From an uncultured Pseudomonadota bacterium (GTDB lineage Bacteria; Pseudomonadota; Alphaproteobacteria; JACZXZ01), in NCBI GenBank assembly GCA_963749075.1, contig CAVVLJ010000016.1, positions 736,001 through 800,000 on the forward strand: DNA of 64,000 bases, written 5' to 3'. Under the pieces are notes generated by a model. The model was not told the DNA's origin, ran no database searches, and saw only the letters and a program-made list of their open reading frames with translations. This document shows positions 50,427-61,337 of this stretch, in pieces. Numbering within the stretch: position 1 is the stretch's first letter; each line of letters starts with the position of its first letter. Position numbers and translations under genes: made by a program.

Positions 50427-51413
50427 ATGGCATTAGCCGACACCATGAGCGAGCGGCTGCGCTCCGGCAAGGCCGCGCGCTCGGCGGCCGCTTCGGGCGG
50501 CTTCGGGGACAAGGTCTTCTTCGGCCTGACCTACACCTTCGCCGTCTCCGTGCTCCTCATCCTGGCGGGCATCCTCCTGTCGCTCGCCATCGGCAGCTGG
50601 CCCGCCTTCTCTAAGCTCGGCTTCAGCTTCTTCACCAGCGCCTCCTGGAACCCGGTGACCGAGAAGTTCGGCGCCGTGGCGCCGGTCTACGGCACGCTCG
50701 TCACCTCGTTCATAGCCCTCCTCTTCGGGGTGCCGATCAGCCTCGGCATCGTCATCGTGCTGACCGAGCTGTCGCCGCCCTGGCTGCGCCGCCCGGTCGG
50801 CACGGCGATCGAGCTCCTGGCCGCGATCCCCAGCATCATCTACGGCATGTGGGGCCTCTTCGTCTTCGTGCCCTTCTACAAGGCCTACGTGCAGCCGGCG
50901 CTCGGCGACACCTTCGGCAATATCCCCATCGTCGGCGAGCTCTTCTCCGGGCCGCCCTTCGGCGTCGGCATGCTCACCGCCGGCATCATCCTCGCGATCA
51001 TGATCCTGCCCTTCATCTCGTCGGTGATGCGCGACGTTTTCGAGACGGTCCCGCCGCTCCTGCGCGAGTCCGCCTTCGGGCTGGGAGCGACCACCTGGGA
51101 GGTGGTGTGGCACGTCATCCTGCCCTACACGCGCACGAGCGTGGTGGGCGCCATCCTCTTGGGGCTCGGCCGGGCGCTCGGCGAGACCATGGCGGTCACT
51201 TTCGTGATCGGCAACTCCCATGATCTGAGCGCCTCGCTCTTCCTGCCGGGCTCGACGATCTCCTCGACCATCGCCAACGAGTTCACCGAGGCGGTGGGCG
51301 ACGTCTATTCGTCGTCGCTCATAGCGCTCGGCCTGACGCTCTTCTTCATCACCTTCGTCGTGCTCGTGCTGGCCAAGCTCATGCTGCGCCAGCTCGCGAG
51401 CAAGGTCAGGTGA
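50427..51413 (+). CDS. pstC: Phosphate ABC transporter permease
   Basis: [15 protein letters not shown] and RALGETMAV motifs. Confidence 0.96.
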   Translation: MALADTMSERLRSGKAARSAAASGGFGDKVFFGLTYTFAVSVLLILAGILLSLAIGSWPAFSKLGFSFFTSASWNPVTEKFGAVAPVYGTLVTSFIALLFGVPISLGIVIVLTELSPPWLRRPVGTAIELLAAIPSIIYGMWGLFVFVPFYKAYVQPALGDTFGNIPIVGELFSGPPFGVGMLTAGIILAIMILPFISSVMRDVFETVPPLLRESAFGLGATTWEVVWHVILPYTRTSVVGAILLGLGRALGETMAVTFVIGNSHDLSASLFLPGSTISSTIANEFTEAVGDVYSSSLIALGLTLFFITFVVLVLAKLMLRQLASKVR

Positions 51414-51417
51414 CGCC

Positions 51418-52263
51418 ATGCTGTCGCTCTACCGCCGCCGCCAATTGACCAATTATTTCAACATGACGATGTCCGTGCTGGTGACGATGCTCGGCATCTT
51501 CATCCTCGGCTCGATCCTGTGGACGCTCATCGGCTACGGCTTCAACGGCCTGAGCCTCAAGATGTTCACGGACATGACGCCGCCGCCGGGCAATTCGGGC
51601 GGCGTGCTCAATGCGATCGCGGGGAGCGTGCTGCTGACGGCGCTCGGCATCTTCATCGGCGCCCCGGTGGGCGTGCTCGCCGGCACCTATCTCGCCGAAT
51701 ACAGCTCGCGCGGGAAGATCGCGCCCGCCACGCGCTTCATCAACGACATCCTGCTCTCCGCCCCCTCCATCCTCATCGGCCTCTTCGTCTACGAGGTGGC
51801 CGTGGTGCCGAGCGGGCACTTCTCCGCTTGGGCGGGCGCTATCGCACTGGCGCTGATCGCCATACCGGTCATCGTGCGCACGAGCGAGGACATGCTGCGC
51901 CTCGTGCCGAACGACCTGCGCGAGGCGGCGACGGCGCTCGGCGCGCCGCGCTGGAAGGTCATCGTGCGCGTCTCCTACCGCGCCGCGCGCGCGGGCATCC
52001 TGACCGGCATTCTCCTCTCGGTGGCGCGCATCGCCGGCGAGACGGCGCCCTTGCTCTTCACCGTGCTCAACAACCAGTTCTGGTCGTGGAACGTGAACGC
52101 GCCCATCGCCAACCTGCCGGTGGTGATCTTCCAGTTCGCGCTCAGCCCCTACAACGACTGGCAGCAGCTCGCCTGGGCGTCGGCACTGCTCGTCACGGTG
52201 ACCATTCTGGGGCTCAACATCATCGTGCGCCTGACGCTCGGCAAGCGGGACAAACGTTCGTGA
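51418..52263 (+). CDS. pstA: Phosphate ABC transporter permease
   Basis: APSILIGLF and [10 protein letters not shown] motifs. Confidence 0.96.
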   Translation: MLSLYRRRQLTNYFNMTMSVLVTMLGIFILGSILWTLIGYGFNGLSLKMFTDMTPPPGNSGGVLNAIAGSVLLTALGIFIGAPVGVLAGTYLAEYSSRGKIAPATRFINDILLSAPSILIGLFVYEVAVVPSGHFSAWAGAIALALIAIPVIVRTSEDMLRLVPNDLREAATALGAPRWKVIVRVSYRAARAGILTGILLSVARIAGETAPLLFTVLNNQFWSWNVNAPIANLPVVIFQFALSPYNDWQQLAWASALLVTVTILGLNIIVRLTLGKRDKRS

Positions 52264-52274
52264 AGGAAACCACC

Positions 52275-53132
52275 ATGCTCGGCAGCAACGCCCCTCAGGA
52301 CGGCGAGCAAGCCAACAACAAGATCAATCTGCGCGCGCCCCAGCCGGTGGCCCAATCGACCGACGGCAAGGCCGCGGTGACGCCCAAGATCGAGGTGCGC
52401 GACCTCAAGTTCTACTACGGCCAGGCCCTCGCGCTGAAATCGGTCACCATGACCATCTACGAGCGCCGCGTGACGGCCCTCATCGGGCCGTCCGGCTGCG
52501 GCAAGTCGACGCTGCTGCGCACGCTCAACCGTATCTACGAGCTCTATCCCCAGATGCGCGCCGAGGGCGAGGTGCTGCTCGACGGCGAGAACATCCTGGG
52601 CCCGAGCGTGGATCTCAACCATCTGCGCGCCCGCGTCGGCATGGTCTTCCAGAAGCCGACGCCGTTCCCCATGTCGATCTACGACAACATCTCCTTCGGG
52701 GTGCGGCTCTACGAGCGGCTCTCGACCGTCGAGATGGACGAGCGCGTCGAGAAGTCGCTCACCAAGGCGGCTCTCTGGGGCGAGGTCAAGGACAAGCTGC
52801 GCGCCTCGGGCTTGAGCCTCTCGGGCGGCCAGCAGCAGCGCCTCTGCATCGCCCGCGCGATCGCCCTCAATCCCGAGGTGATGCTGCTCGACGAGCCGGC
52901 CTCGGCGCTCGACCCCATCTCCACCCAGCGCATCGAGGAGCTCATCAAGGAGCTGCGCGACGACTATACGGTCGTCATCGTCACCCACAACCTGCAGCAG
53001 GCGGCGCGCGTCTCCGACTATACGGCGCTCATGTATCTAGGCGAGCTCGTCGAGTTCGATGCCACCGAGACGATCTTCACCCGGCCCAGCAAGAAGCAGA
53101 CCGAGGACTATGTGACGGGAAGATTCGGTTGA
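52275..53132 (+). CDS. pstB: Phosphate ABC transporter ATP-binding protein
   Basis: [27 protein letters not shown] and DYVTGRFG motifs. Confidence 0.97.
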   Translation: MLGSNAPQDGEQANNKINLRAPQPVAQSTDGKAAVTPKIEVRDLKFYYGQALALKSVTMTIYERRVTALIGPSGCGKSTLLRTLNRIYELYPQMRAEGEVLLDGENILGPSVDLNHLRARVGMVFQKPTPFPMSIYDNISFGVRLYERLSTVEMDERVEKSLTKAALWGEVKDKLRASGLSLSGGQQQRLCIARAIALNPEVMLLDEPASALDPISTQRIEELIKELRDDYTVVIVTHNLQQAARVSDYTALMYLGELVEFDATETIFTRPSKKQTEDYVTGRFG

Positions 53133-54136
53133 GGGGGGTGCGGCTCGCCGGCGTCGGACTTGCGCGCCGGCCGCTTCGCGAACAGCCTCCTGCCCTCGAC
53201 GAACTGCCAGAGGGCGACCGCGGGCAGGCCGAAGATGAGCTCGCGCAGGCGCTTGGCGAGCGAGAGTGCCAGGCCCGCCTCGGGCGGCACGCCGAGCATG
53301 GCGCCGAACAGCATGTAGCCGCCTTCCTGGATGCCGATGGCGCCCGGCACGATGAAGCCGACGCTGCGCGAGGCCTGGCCCAGGCTCTCGAGGATGAAGG
53401 CGTCGCGCCAGCCGATCTCGGTGCCCATGAAATGCAGCGCCAGCCACACCTCGAGCGCGCCGAGCACCCACGAGAGCAGGTGCCAGGCAGCGCTTTCGGC
53501 AAGGGCCAGCGGATGGCCGTGGATCGTCTGGATGGCGTCGTGCAGCCCTTTGACCCCACCGAGCGAGAGCCAGCGCACGCGCGCCGCCAGGCGCTCGAGC
53601 GCCGACTCGATCAGCTTGAAGACGCCCGCCCGCTGCGAGACGACGAAGGCGGCGAAGAACGCCGCGGCAACGGCGAGCGCCAGCGCCAGCTCGAAGACGC
53701 CGCTGCCGCTCTGTCCGGCGCGCACGAGGAGGGCCACGCCCGCGATGGTGAAGAGGAACTGGGTGGCGACCTCGCTCGTGATGTCGACCACCACCGAGGC
53801 GCCCGCGAGATCGCCGGAGAGGCCCTGGAACGCGAGCAGCCGCGCGCCGATGATCTGCCCGCCGATATAGGCGAGCGGCAAGAGCCCGTTGGTGCCCTCG
53901 CGGATCCAGCGGATCTTGAGGAGGGTGAGCAGCGGGCTGCGGACGCGGCCGCCGATGAGCGGGCGCCAGCCGAGGGAGCAGAAGAGCATCTGCGTGAAAT
54001 GGACGAGAACGAGCGGCGCCAGCCCCCAGCCGAGCGTGGCCAGCGTGCCCATCACGGCGCCCGCACCTTCATAGACGACGAGTCCCGCGGCGAGCGCCAT
54101 GCCGGCGAGGAACGCTAGGCCGAGACCGAGTTTCAT
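53108..54136 (-). CDS. hpnL: HpnL-like membrane protein (lysylphosphatidylglycerol synthase TM/flippase-like)
   Basis: RWIREG.NGLLP and [14 protein letters not shown]; downstream of hpnJ. Confidence 0.75.
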   Translation of the reverse strand: MKLGLGLAFLAGMALAAGLVVYEGAGAVMGTLATLGWGLAPLVLVHFTQMLFCSLGWRPLIGGRVRSPLLTLLKIRWIREGTNGLLPLAYIGGQIIGARLLAFQGLSGDLAGASVVVDITSEVATQFLFTIAGVALLVRAGQSGSGVFELALALAVAAAFFAAFVVSQRAGVFKLIESALERLAARVRWLSLGGVKGLHDAIQTIHGHPLALAESAAWHLLSWVLGALEVWLALHFMGTEIGWRDAFILESLGQASRSVGFIVPGAIGIQEGGYMLFGAMLGVPPEAGLALSLAKRLRELIFGLPAVALWQFVEGRRLFAKRPARKSDAGEPHPPQPNLPVT

Positions 54137-54197
54137 TGCTCCTCGTTCCGCGCGCCCGTCTGCGGCGAATCCTCGGCCGCCGCTGCGGCGCTTGTCC

Positions 54198-55619
54198 TCA
54201 GGCGTGATTTTCGCGTTGGCGCAGGAAGCGGAAGAACTCGACGCCCTCGCGCAGGCGGCGCTTCATCATCTCGGCGCTGGTGGCCATCTCCCAGGTGAGC
54301 TCGGCGATCTTGCCCGGCCGGAAGTAGAAGCGCTTGTAGAAGCGCTTGAGCGCCTCGAAAATTTCCTCGCTCGAGAGATGGGGATATTCGAGCGAGCTGA
54401 TCTGCAGGCCGTCCGACGCGATCAGGCTGTCGCTGTTCTCGTGGAGCCAGCCCTTCATCACCGCCTCGCGGTAGAGCTCGGTGCCCGGATAAGGGGCCGC
54501 GAGCGAGACCTGGACGGTGTGCGGGTTCACGTCCTGGGCGAAGCGGATGGTCTCCTCGATGGTCTCCCGCGTCTCGCCGGGGAGGCCCACGATGAAGGTG
54601 CCGTGGATGGTGATGCCGAGCTTGCGGCAGTCGGCCGAGAACTTGCGCGCCACGTCGATGCGCATGCCCTTCTTTATGTTGTGCAGTATCTGCTGGTTGC
54701 CCAACTCGTAGCCGACGAGGAGGAGGCGCAGCCCGTTATCGCGCAGCACCTTGAGCGTCTCGTAAGGCACGTTGGCCTTGGCGTTGCACGACCAGACGAC
54801 GCCGAGCTTGCCGAGCCCGCGGGCGATCTCCTCGGCGCGCGGGCGGTCGTCCGTGAAGGTATCGTCGTCGAAGAAGAATTCCCGCACCTGCGGAAACTGG
54901 CGCTTGGCGAGTGCGATCTCGGCGACCACGTTCGCAGCGCTGCGCGTGCGGTAGCGGTGGCCGCCGATCGTCTGCGGCCACAGGCAGAAGGTGCAGCGCG
55001 ACTTGCAGCCGCGCCCGGTATAGAGCGAGACGTAGGGATGCAGGAGGTAGCCGATGAAGTAATCCTCGATCCTGAGGTCGCGCTTATAGACCTCGGTCAC
55101 CCACGGGAGCGTGTCCATGTTCTCGATGATGGCGCGCTCGCGGTTGTGCACCACCTCGCCCGCGGCCCTGTAGCTCACGCCGTCGACTTCCGCGAGCGGC
55201 CGGCCCTCCGCGATCTCCTTGATCGTGAAGTCGAACTCGCTGCGCGCCACGAAGTCGATGGCGTCGGACGCGGCGAGTGCCGGGCCCGGCGAAACCGCGA
55301 CGTGGGCGCCCACCATGCCGACTGTGAGCCCGGGATTGGCGGCCTTGAAGGCCGCGGCGACCTTCACGTCGGAGGCGAAGGAGGGCGTGCTCGTGTGCAG
55401 CACCAGGAGCTCGTAGTCCCCGGCGAGCGGCAGCACGTCGTCGAGCAAGAGCCCGCGCGCCGGGGCGTCGATGAGCCGGCTCCCGGGCACGAGTGCTGCC
55501 GGCTGGGCGAGCCAGGTCGGATACCAGAAGGAGCGGATCTCGCGCTTCGCCTGATAGCGCGAGCCGGCGCCGCCGTCGAAGCCCTCGTAGGAGGGGGGGT
55601 TGAGAAAGAGGGTCTTCAT
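54198..55619 (-). CDS. hpnJ: Hopanoid biosynthesis radical SAM protein
   Basis: FDGGAGSRYQAKREIRSFWYPTWLAQPAA N-terminus; CKSRCTFC CxxxCxxC motif. Confidence 0.93.
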   Translation of the reverse strand: MKTLFLNPPSYEGFDGGAGSRYQAKREIRSFWYPTWLAQPAALVPGSRLIDAPARGLLLDDVLPLAGDYELLVLHTSTPSFASDVKVAAAFKAANPGLTVGMVGAHVAVSPGPALAASDAIDFVARSEFDFTIKEIAEGRPLAEVDGVSYRAAGEVVHNRERAIIENMDTLPWVTEVYKRDLRIEDYFIGYLLHPYVSLYTGRGCKSRCTFCLWPQTIGGHRYRTRSAANVVAEIALAKRQFPQVREFFFDDDTFTDDRPRAEEIARGLGKLGVVWSCNAKANVPYETLKVLRDNGLRLLLVGYELGNQQILHNIKKGMRIDVARKFSADCRKLGITIHGTFIVGLPGETRETIEETIRFAQDVNPHTVQVSLAAPYPGTELYREAVMKGWLHENSDSLIASDGLQISSLEYPHLSSEEIFEALKRFYKRFYFRPGKIAELTWEMATSAEMMKRRLREGVEFFRFLRQRENHA

Positions 55620-55639
55620 AGCGCCACCTCGGAGGCCCT

Positions 55640-56791
55640 TCAATTGTTCACCACCATTTGGCCGTCCGGCTGGACGGAGAACTTCTGCTGGCGCCACTCG
55701 ACCCGGCGGCCGACGAAGCTCGCAGCCCTGATGGCGAAGGTGAGGAGATCGCGCACCGGCACGAGCCACGGCCAGGGAATGCCTTCGCTGCCCAGCACGC
55801 CGCGCGCCACGACATGCATGAGCATGCGCAGCGACAGCGCCGCCGCCATGAGGGCGAGCCCGGTCGTACAAAGGCCCGTCGCCGCGGCGAGGAGGATCGC
55901 GAGCGGCAATGCGTCGGTCACGAAGCTGAGCGCATAGCCCCACGGGCGCACCGCGCGCATGGTGCGCGCCCAGCGCAGCTCGTGGCGGACGAGCGCCTTG
56001 AGACTGGGCTCGCTGATGGTGATCTCCACGATGTGCCGCGCGAGCGCCACCCGGTAGCCGCTCGCCGCCACCAGCCGGCCCAGCATGTGGTCGTCGGCGA
56101 GATAGGAGGCGAGCAATTCGATCCCGCCGATCGCCTCGAGCGCCTTGCGCCGCACCGCCATGGTGGCGCCGAAGCAATATTCGAGCGGCTCGGAGAGCAG
56201 CGCCACCAGGACCGAGGGGATGAACCATTCGTTGATGAACATGGCGCCGAGCCGGTTGGCCAGACGCGTGCCGAGCGGGTTGCCGCGGTAGAGGCAGGTC
56301 ACGGCACCGACGCGGGGGTCGGCGAAGGCCGCGGCCACTTCCGAGAGGTAGCGCGGCCCCACCTTGCAATCGGCGTCCGAGATCACCAGGAAATCGTAGC
56401 GGGCGCGGCCGATCATGTTGGCGAGGTTGCTGATCTTGTAATTGCTGCCGATGACGCGCGGGTCGACGACGAGCGAGGCGCCCCGCTCGGGGAACTCGCG
56501 GATGATGCGCTCGATCACCGGGATCGCTGGATCGCCGGCGTCGCGCACGCCGAAGAGGACCTGGAACTTGGGATAGTCCTGGGCGCAGAACGAGCGCAGG
56601 TTCTCGTAGAGCCGCGGCTCGAGCCCGCAGACGGGCTTGAGCACGGTCATCGGCGGCAGGAAGACGGCGGAGACCGGCGCGCGGCCGCGCAGCAATGCCA
56701 CGCGCACCAGCGCAATGGCCGCATAGGCGAGAGAGGCCGCCACGGTCGCATAGCCGAGGAGCGTCGACAGCGTGGAGACAAGATGCAGCAC
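55640..56791 (-). CDS. hpnI: Bacteriohopanetetrol glucosamine biosynthesis glycosyltransferase
   Basis: LKPVCG, NYKISNL, ISDAD, LADDH.LG and RWARTMR; upstream of hpnJ; start uncertain. Confidence 0.88.
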   Translation of the reverse strand: MLHLVSTLSTLLGYATVAASLAYAAIALVRVALLRGRAPVSAVFLPPMTVLKPVCGLEPRLYENLRSFCAQDYPKFQVLFGVRDAGDPAIPVIERIIREFPERGASLVVDPRVIGSNYKISNLANMIGRARYDFLVISDADCKVGPRYLSEVAAAFADPRVGAVTCLYRGNPLGTRLANRLGAMFINEWFIPSVLVALLSEPLEYCFGATMAVRRKALEAIGGIELLASYLADDHMLGRLVAASGYRVALARHIVEITISEPSLKALVRHELRWARTMRAVRPWGYALSFVTDALPLAILLAAATGLCTTGLALMAAALSLRMLMHVVARGVLGSEGIPWPWLVPVRDLLTFAIRAASFVGRRVEWRQQKFSVQPDGQMVVNN

Positions 56792-57066
56792 AGGCAGGCC
56801 CCGCTCCCCCCGAGACGTTTCGCGACGGTGAGCCCCGCGCCACGCGCATGCGCGTCGCATGGCCGGCGCCGTCCGCGACAAGGGCTCCCGAGTTGAGAGC
56901 CTTTTACCCCGGCGCACGCCCCTACGGGAAGTCATTCTTTGCAATTTTGATGAACAAAGCGTGACCGCAGTCGCCAAAAGAACCGCGATCCCGCTTGCGC
57001 TTTAGCGCCGGCGGCCCGGCCCGCCGCGCGGGGGCCGGCACCGCCTGCGCGAAAGCCCCCTCGCAA

Positions 57067-57234
57067 TCAGAAGAGGAGGCCGACCGCGGCCATCTGCTCC
57101 GGGAACAACAGCGCATAAGCGAGCGACAGCGCCGCGAGGAGCACGAGGACGAGCACCTCCGGCATGACGTACTTGAAGACGCGCTTCGCGGCGGCGGGGA
57201 CGCGGGCGGCGACGGCTAAGTTTTGGCTTGTCAT
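57067..57234 (-). CDS. Small (55 aa) membrane protein absent from the ORF track
   Basis: MTSQNLAVAARVPAAAKRVFKYVMPEVLVLVLLAALSLAYALLFPEQMAAVGLLF; AGGGAGA RBS; GC3-rich codons. Confidence 0.6.
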   Translation of the reverse strand: MTSQNLAVAARVPAAAKRVFKYVMPEVLVLVLLAALSLAYALLFPEQMAAVGLLF

Positions 57235-57338
57235 GGCCTGTTCTCCCTTGCCTATGATTGCCCTTCTAAAGGCCGCGGGAGCGTCCGTCAGTGACCGCTA
57301 TCACGGGGACGCTGCGACAAGGGGCACGGGAGCGCTTG

Positions 57339-58175
57339 ATGCCTGTCTCGATCTCGACGGATTACGTTCCTGGCCGCCCGCGGCTCGCCTACGACCATGC
57401 AGGCGTGGGTCCGCTCGCCGTCTTCATGCACGGGATCGGCGGCAACCGCACGAATTGGCACGAGCAGCTCGGAGCACTCGCGGCGGACTTCCATGCGGTC
57501 GCCTGGGATGCGCGCGGCTACGGTCTCTCGGACGATTACGAGGGCGATCTCGACTTCGGCGATTTCAGCGCCGATCTCCTGCGTCTTCTCGATTGCCTCG
57601 GCGCCGCGCGGGGGCATCTTTGCGGGCTCTCCATGGGCGGGCGGATCGCCCTCGACTTCCACGCGCGTCACCGCGAGAGGGTTGCCACGCTTGTGCTGTG
57701 CGACAGCTTCGCCGGCTTCGATGCCAGCTTCACGCCGGAGAAGCGCGCCGAGTTCGCGCGCTTGCGCAAGGAGCCGCTCCTCTCGGGCAAGGAGCCGCGC
57801 GACATCGCCCCCGCCGTGGCCGCGACGCTCGTCGGCCCCAACGCGCCGCCGGCGGTCTTGGCACGCCTCGTCGCCAGCATGGCAGCACTCCACAAGGAGT
57901 CCTACATCAAGGCGGTCGAGGCCACGACCAATTACGACAGGGTGGCCGCACTCGGCGAGATCGACGTCCCGACCCTTCTCGTCTATGGCGCCCACGACCG
58001 CTTGACGCCGCCTCGGCTCGGCCGCGACATGGCCGCGAGGATTTCCGGCGCCCGCTTCGTCGTCATCGAGGATGCCGGCCACCTGCCCAACATCGAGCAG
58101 CCGGCGGCGTTCAGCGCGGCGGTGCGCGAGTTTCTCCTCGCCCACCGCGCGCGGGCGACGAGCCGCCCGCGATGA
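57339..58175 (+). CDS. Alpha/beta hydrolase (enol-lactonase-like)
   Basis: HGIGG, DARGYG, GLSMGG nucleophile elbow and AGHLPNIEQP motifs. Confidence 0.92.
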   Translation: MPVSISTDYVPGRPRLAYDHAGVGPLAVFMHGIGGNRTNWHEQLGALAADFHAVAWDARGYGLSDDYEGDLDFGDFSADLLRLLDCLGAARGHLCGLSMGGRIALDFHARHRERVATLVLCDSFAGFDASFTPEKRAEFARLRKEPLLSGKEPRDIAPAVAATLVGPNAPPAVLARLVASMAALHKESYIKAVEATTNYDRVAALGEIDVPTLLVYGAHDRLTPPRLGRDMAARISGARFVVIEDAGHLPNIEQPAAFSAAVREFLLAHRARATSRPR

Positions 58176-58307
58176 TCGGCGACCGCACCTCCGCCGCAGA
58201 TCGCAGAGCCCGGAACAACGGGGCTTTCATCCGCGCGCGCGGGCAGGCATGATGCGCCGGCCTGCATCCGAACATGGTGCACAATTGCGGCAGAGGGAGG
58301 GAGCGAG

Positions 58308-59405
58308 ATGCGTCGATCGGCAGTCCTCAAGGCTCTTGCCGGCGCCGTGCTCGGTGCCGCGAGCCTGGCCATCGTTACCTCGCTCGGCGGCCAGGCGGCC
58401 GAGCCCTTCAAGGTCGCCTTCGTCTACGTGGCTCCGGTGGGCGACGCGGGCTGGACCTATCAGCACGACCTCGGGCGCAAGGCGGTGGAGCAGGCGCTCG
58501 GCGACAAAGTGAAGACCAGCTTCGTCGAGAGCGTCAGCGAGGGCGCCGACGCCGAGCGCGTCATCCGCGAGCTTGCGCTCGCCGGCAACAAGCTCATCTT
58601 CACCACCTCCTTCGGCTACATGAACCCGACGCTCAAGGTGGCGAAGCAATTCCCCAAGACGCTCTTCGAGCACGCCACGGGCTACAAGCGCGCGGAGAAC
58701 GTCGCGACCTACTCGGCGCGCTTCTACCAGGCGCGCTATTTGACCGGCATGGTCGCCGGCAAGATGACGAAGTCGAACACCCTCGGCTACGTCGCCGCCT
58801 TCCCCATCCCCGAGGTCGTGCAGGGCATCGACGCCTTCACCCTCGGCGCCCGCTCGGTCAATCCCAAGGCGCAGGTCAAGGTGATCTGGACGAGCAGCTG
58901 GTACGATCCGGGCAAGGAGCGCGAGGCGGCCGAGACGCTGGTCAATCAGGGAGCCGACGTTCTGACCCACCACACGGACTCGACCGCGGTCGTGCAGGCC
59001 GCCGAGGCCAAGGGCGTGTGGGCCATCGCCTACCATTCGGATATGTCGAAGTACGGCCCGCACGCCGAGCTCACCGCGGCGACCCACCATTGGGGCCAAT
59101 ACTACATTCGCGAGGTCAAGGCGGCGATGGACGGCAGCTGGAAATCGCACGACGTCTGGGGCGGCATCAAGGACGGCATGGTGGGGCTTGCCCCCTTCAA
59201 TCCTGCTGTGCCCAAGGACGTCGTCGCCCTCGTCGAGGCCAAGAAGGCGGCGATCGCGGCCGGCACCTTCGATCCCTTCCAGGGCCCGATCAAGGACAAC
59301 GACGGCAACCTCAAGGTGCCCGCGGGCAAGGCGCTCAGCGACGAGGAGATCCTCAAGCTCGGCTGGTACGTCGACGGCGTGCAAGGCAAGCTGCCGGCGA
59401 ATTGA
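58308..59405 (+). CDS. BMP family (nucleoside/purine) ABC transporter substrate-binding protein
   Basis: PVGDAGWTYQH, FTTSFGYM, PIPEV and WYDPGKE motifs. Confidence 0.93.
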   Translation: MRRSAVLKALAGAVLGAASLAIVTSLGGQAAEPFKVAFVYVAPVGDAGWTYQHDLGRKAVEQALGDKVKTSFVESVSEGADAERVIRELALAGNKLIFTTSFGYMNPTLKVAKQFPKTLFEHATGYKRAENVATYSARFYQARYLTGMVAGKMTKSNTLGYVAAFPIPEVVQGIDAFTLGARSVNPKAQVKVIWTSSWYDPGKEREAAETLVNQGADVLTHHTDSTAVVQAAEAKGVWAIAYHSDMSKYGPHAELTAATHHWGQYYIREVKAAMDGSWKSHDVWGGIKDGMVGLAPFNPAVPKDVVALVEAKKAAIAAGTFDPFQGPIKDNDGNLKVPAGKALSDEEILKLGWYVDGVQGKLPAN

Positions 59406-59411
59406 CGGATA

Positions 59412-61199
59412 TCACCGCCCGACCGCGTATCCCATCATGTTGCGCGGGTTGGCCGCGGCCTTGAGGAAGGGGCCGTCCTTGGTGCAGACGCAGATGCGGC
59501 CGAGCGACCAGGGCGGCGCCACCGTCACCTTGTGGCCGCGCGCGCGTAAGGACTCGATCGTCTCCTTGGGGAAGTTGCCCTCGAGCGCAATCTCGCCAGG
59601 CCGTGCCGTGCGCGGGTAGAAGGAATCGGGCCAGTGGAAGGACTGGAAGGCCGGCTGGTCGATGGCCTCCTGGAGATTGAGCCCGTGGTGGAGATGGCGG
59701 AGGAAGAAGGCGAGGGCCCACTGGTCCTGGCCGTCGCCGCCCGGCGAGCCGAAGACCATGTAGGGCTCGCCGTCGCGCAAGGCCAGGCCGGGGCTCAATG
59801 TGGTGCGCGGGCGCTTCCCCGGCGCCAGGCTCGCGGGATGGCCCTCCTCGAGCCAGAACATCTGGGCGCGCGAGCCGAGGCAAAAGCCGAGCTCGGGGAT
59901 GACCGGCGAGCTGTGCATCCAGCCGCCGCTCGGCATGGCGGCGATCATGTTGCCCCAGCGGTCGATGGCGTCCACATGCACCGTGTCGCCGGCCACCACG
60001 CCGCGCGCGGCAAGCCCGGGCTCGCCGATGCCGGCAGCTGCTAAGCCGTCCGCCGCCACGCGGATGCCGCGGATGAGGGTGGGGAGGCGCGGTGCTGTCG
60101 TGCCGGCGGCACCCGGCCGCAGCTCGAGCGAGGCCGTCTCGCCCACCAGGCGCCGGCGCTCGGCGTTGTATCCGTCGCTCAAGAGAGCCGCCATGGGCAC
60201 CGCGCCGAAGTCGGGATCGCCGTACCAGGCCTCGCGGTCGGCAAAGGCGAGCTTGGCGCACTCGATGACCGTGTGGAGGAACTCGGCGCTGTTCGGGCCC
60301 ATCTTCGCGAGGTCGAAGCCCTTGAGGAGGGCGAGCTGCTGGAGGAACACCGGGCCCTGGCCCCAGGGCCCCGTCTTCGCCACTTGGCAGCCGTGGTAGT
60401 CGTAGCTGAGCGGCGCCTCGTAGCTCGCCTGCCAGCGCGCCAAGTCGTCCGCCGCAAGCACGCCGCGATGGCGCCGGCCGGAGTTGTCGAGCACCTCGTT
60501 CTCGCGGCAGAAGCGCCCGATCGCCTCTGCCACGAAGCCGCGATAGAACGCCCCGCGCGCCGCCTCGATCTGCTTGACGCGGTCGCTCCCCGCCGCCTCC
60601 GCGGCAGCTAAGATGCGCTCGTATGTGTCCGCGAGGGTCGGGTTGCGCATGACGCTGCCCGGCTGAGGCGGTTTGCCGTCCTTGAGATAGACCGCGGCCG
60701 AGCTCGGCCAGGCCTTGACGAAGAGTTCCGCCACATTGGCGTAGGAGACGCTCTGGGTCGGCGTCACCGGATAGCCGTGGCGCGCGTAATGGATGGCCGG
60801 CGCCAGCACCTCGCGGAGCGCCTGCGTTCCGTGATCGCGCAGGAGCAGCATCCAGCCGTCGAAGGCGCCCGGCACCACCGCGGCGAGGAGCCCGGTGCCG
60901 GGGACGAGCTCGAGGCCGAGCCCGCGGTAGTGGGCAATGGTCGCCCCCGCCGGCGCCGGACCCTGGCCGCAGATCACCTCGAGGCGCTTTTTCGCCGCAC
61001 TCCAGAAGATGAGCGGCACGTCGCCCGCCGGCCCGTTCTGGTTGGGCTCGACCACTTGCAGGGTGAAGGCCGCTGCGGCGGCGGCGTCGAAGGCGTTGCC
61101 GCCCTTCTCGAGGCTGGCCATGCCGACCGCCGAGGCGATCCAGTGGGTCGAGGAGACGACGCCGAACGTGCCCTTGATCTCGGGGCGGGTGGTGAACAT
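59412..61199 (-). CDS. Gamma-glutamyltransferase family Ntn-hydrolase (YwrD-like, cytoplasmic)
   Basis: GGNAFDAAAA, GDTVH (Thr nucleophile), KRPRTTLSP and GSPGGDGQ motifs. Confidence 0.92.
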   Translation of the reverse strand: MFTTRPEIKGTFGVVSSTHWIASAVGMASLEKGGNAFDAAAAAAFTLQVVEPNQNGPAGDVPLIFWSAAKKRLEVICGQGPAPAGATIAHYRGLGLELVPGTGLLAAVVPGAFDGWMLLLRDHGTQALREVLAPAIHYARHGYPVTPTQSVSYANVAELFVKAWPSSAAVYLKDGKPPQPGSVMRNPTLADTYERILAAAEAAGSDRVKQIEAARGAFYRGFVAEAIGRFCRENEVLDNSGRRHRGVLAADDLARWQASYEAPLSYDYHGCQVAKTGPWGQGPVFLQQLALLKGFDLAKMGPNSAEFLHTVIECAKLAFADREAWYGDPDFGAVPMAALLSDGYNAERRRLVGETASLELRPGAAGTTAPRLPTLIRGIRVAADGLAAAGIGEPGLAARGVVAGDTVHVDAIDRWGNMIAAMPSGGWMHSSPVIPELGFCLGSRAQMFWLEEGHPASLAPGKRPRTTLSPGLALRDGEPYMVFGSPGGDGQDQWALAFFLRHLHHGLNLQEAIDQPAFQSFHWPDSFYPRTARPGEIALEGNFPKETIESLRARGHKVTVAPPWSLGRICVCTKDGPFLKAAANPRNMMGYAVGR

Positions 61200-61337
61200 G
61201 GGGGGCGGGGACTTTCGTTCAGGGACGGAGGAAGCGGGCCACTATAACGGCGGAGCCGGCGGGCGGCAACCGCCCGACGGGCTGCACAGCCGCTCCGAAG
61301 TTGGCTATCATCGCCCCACCTTTGGGGGAGGTGCCAC

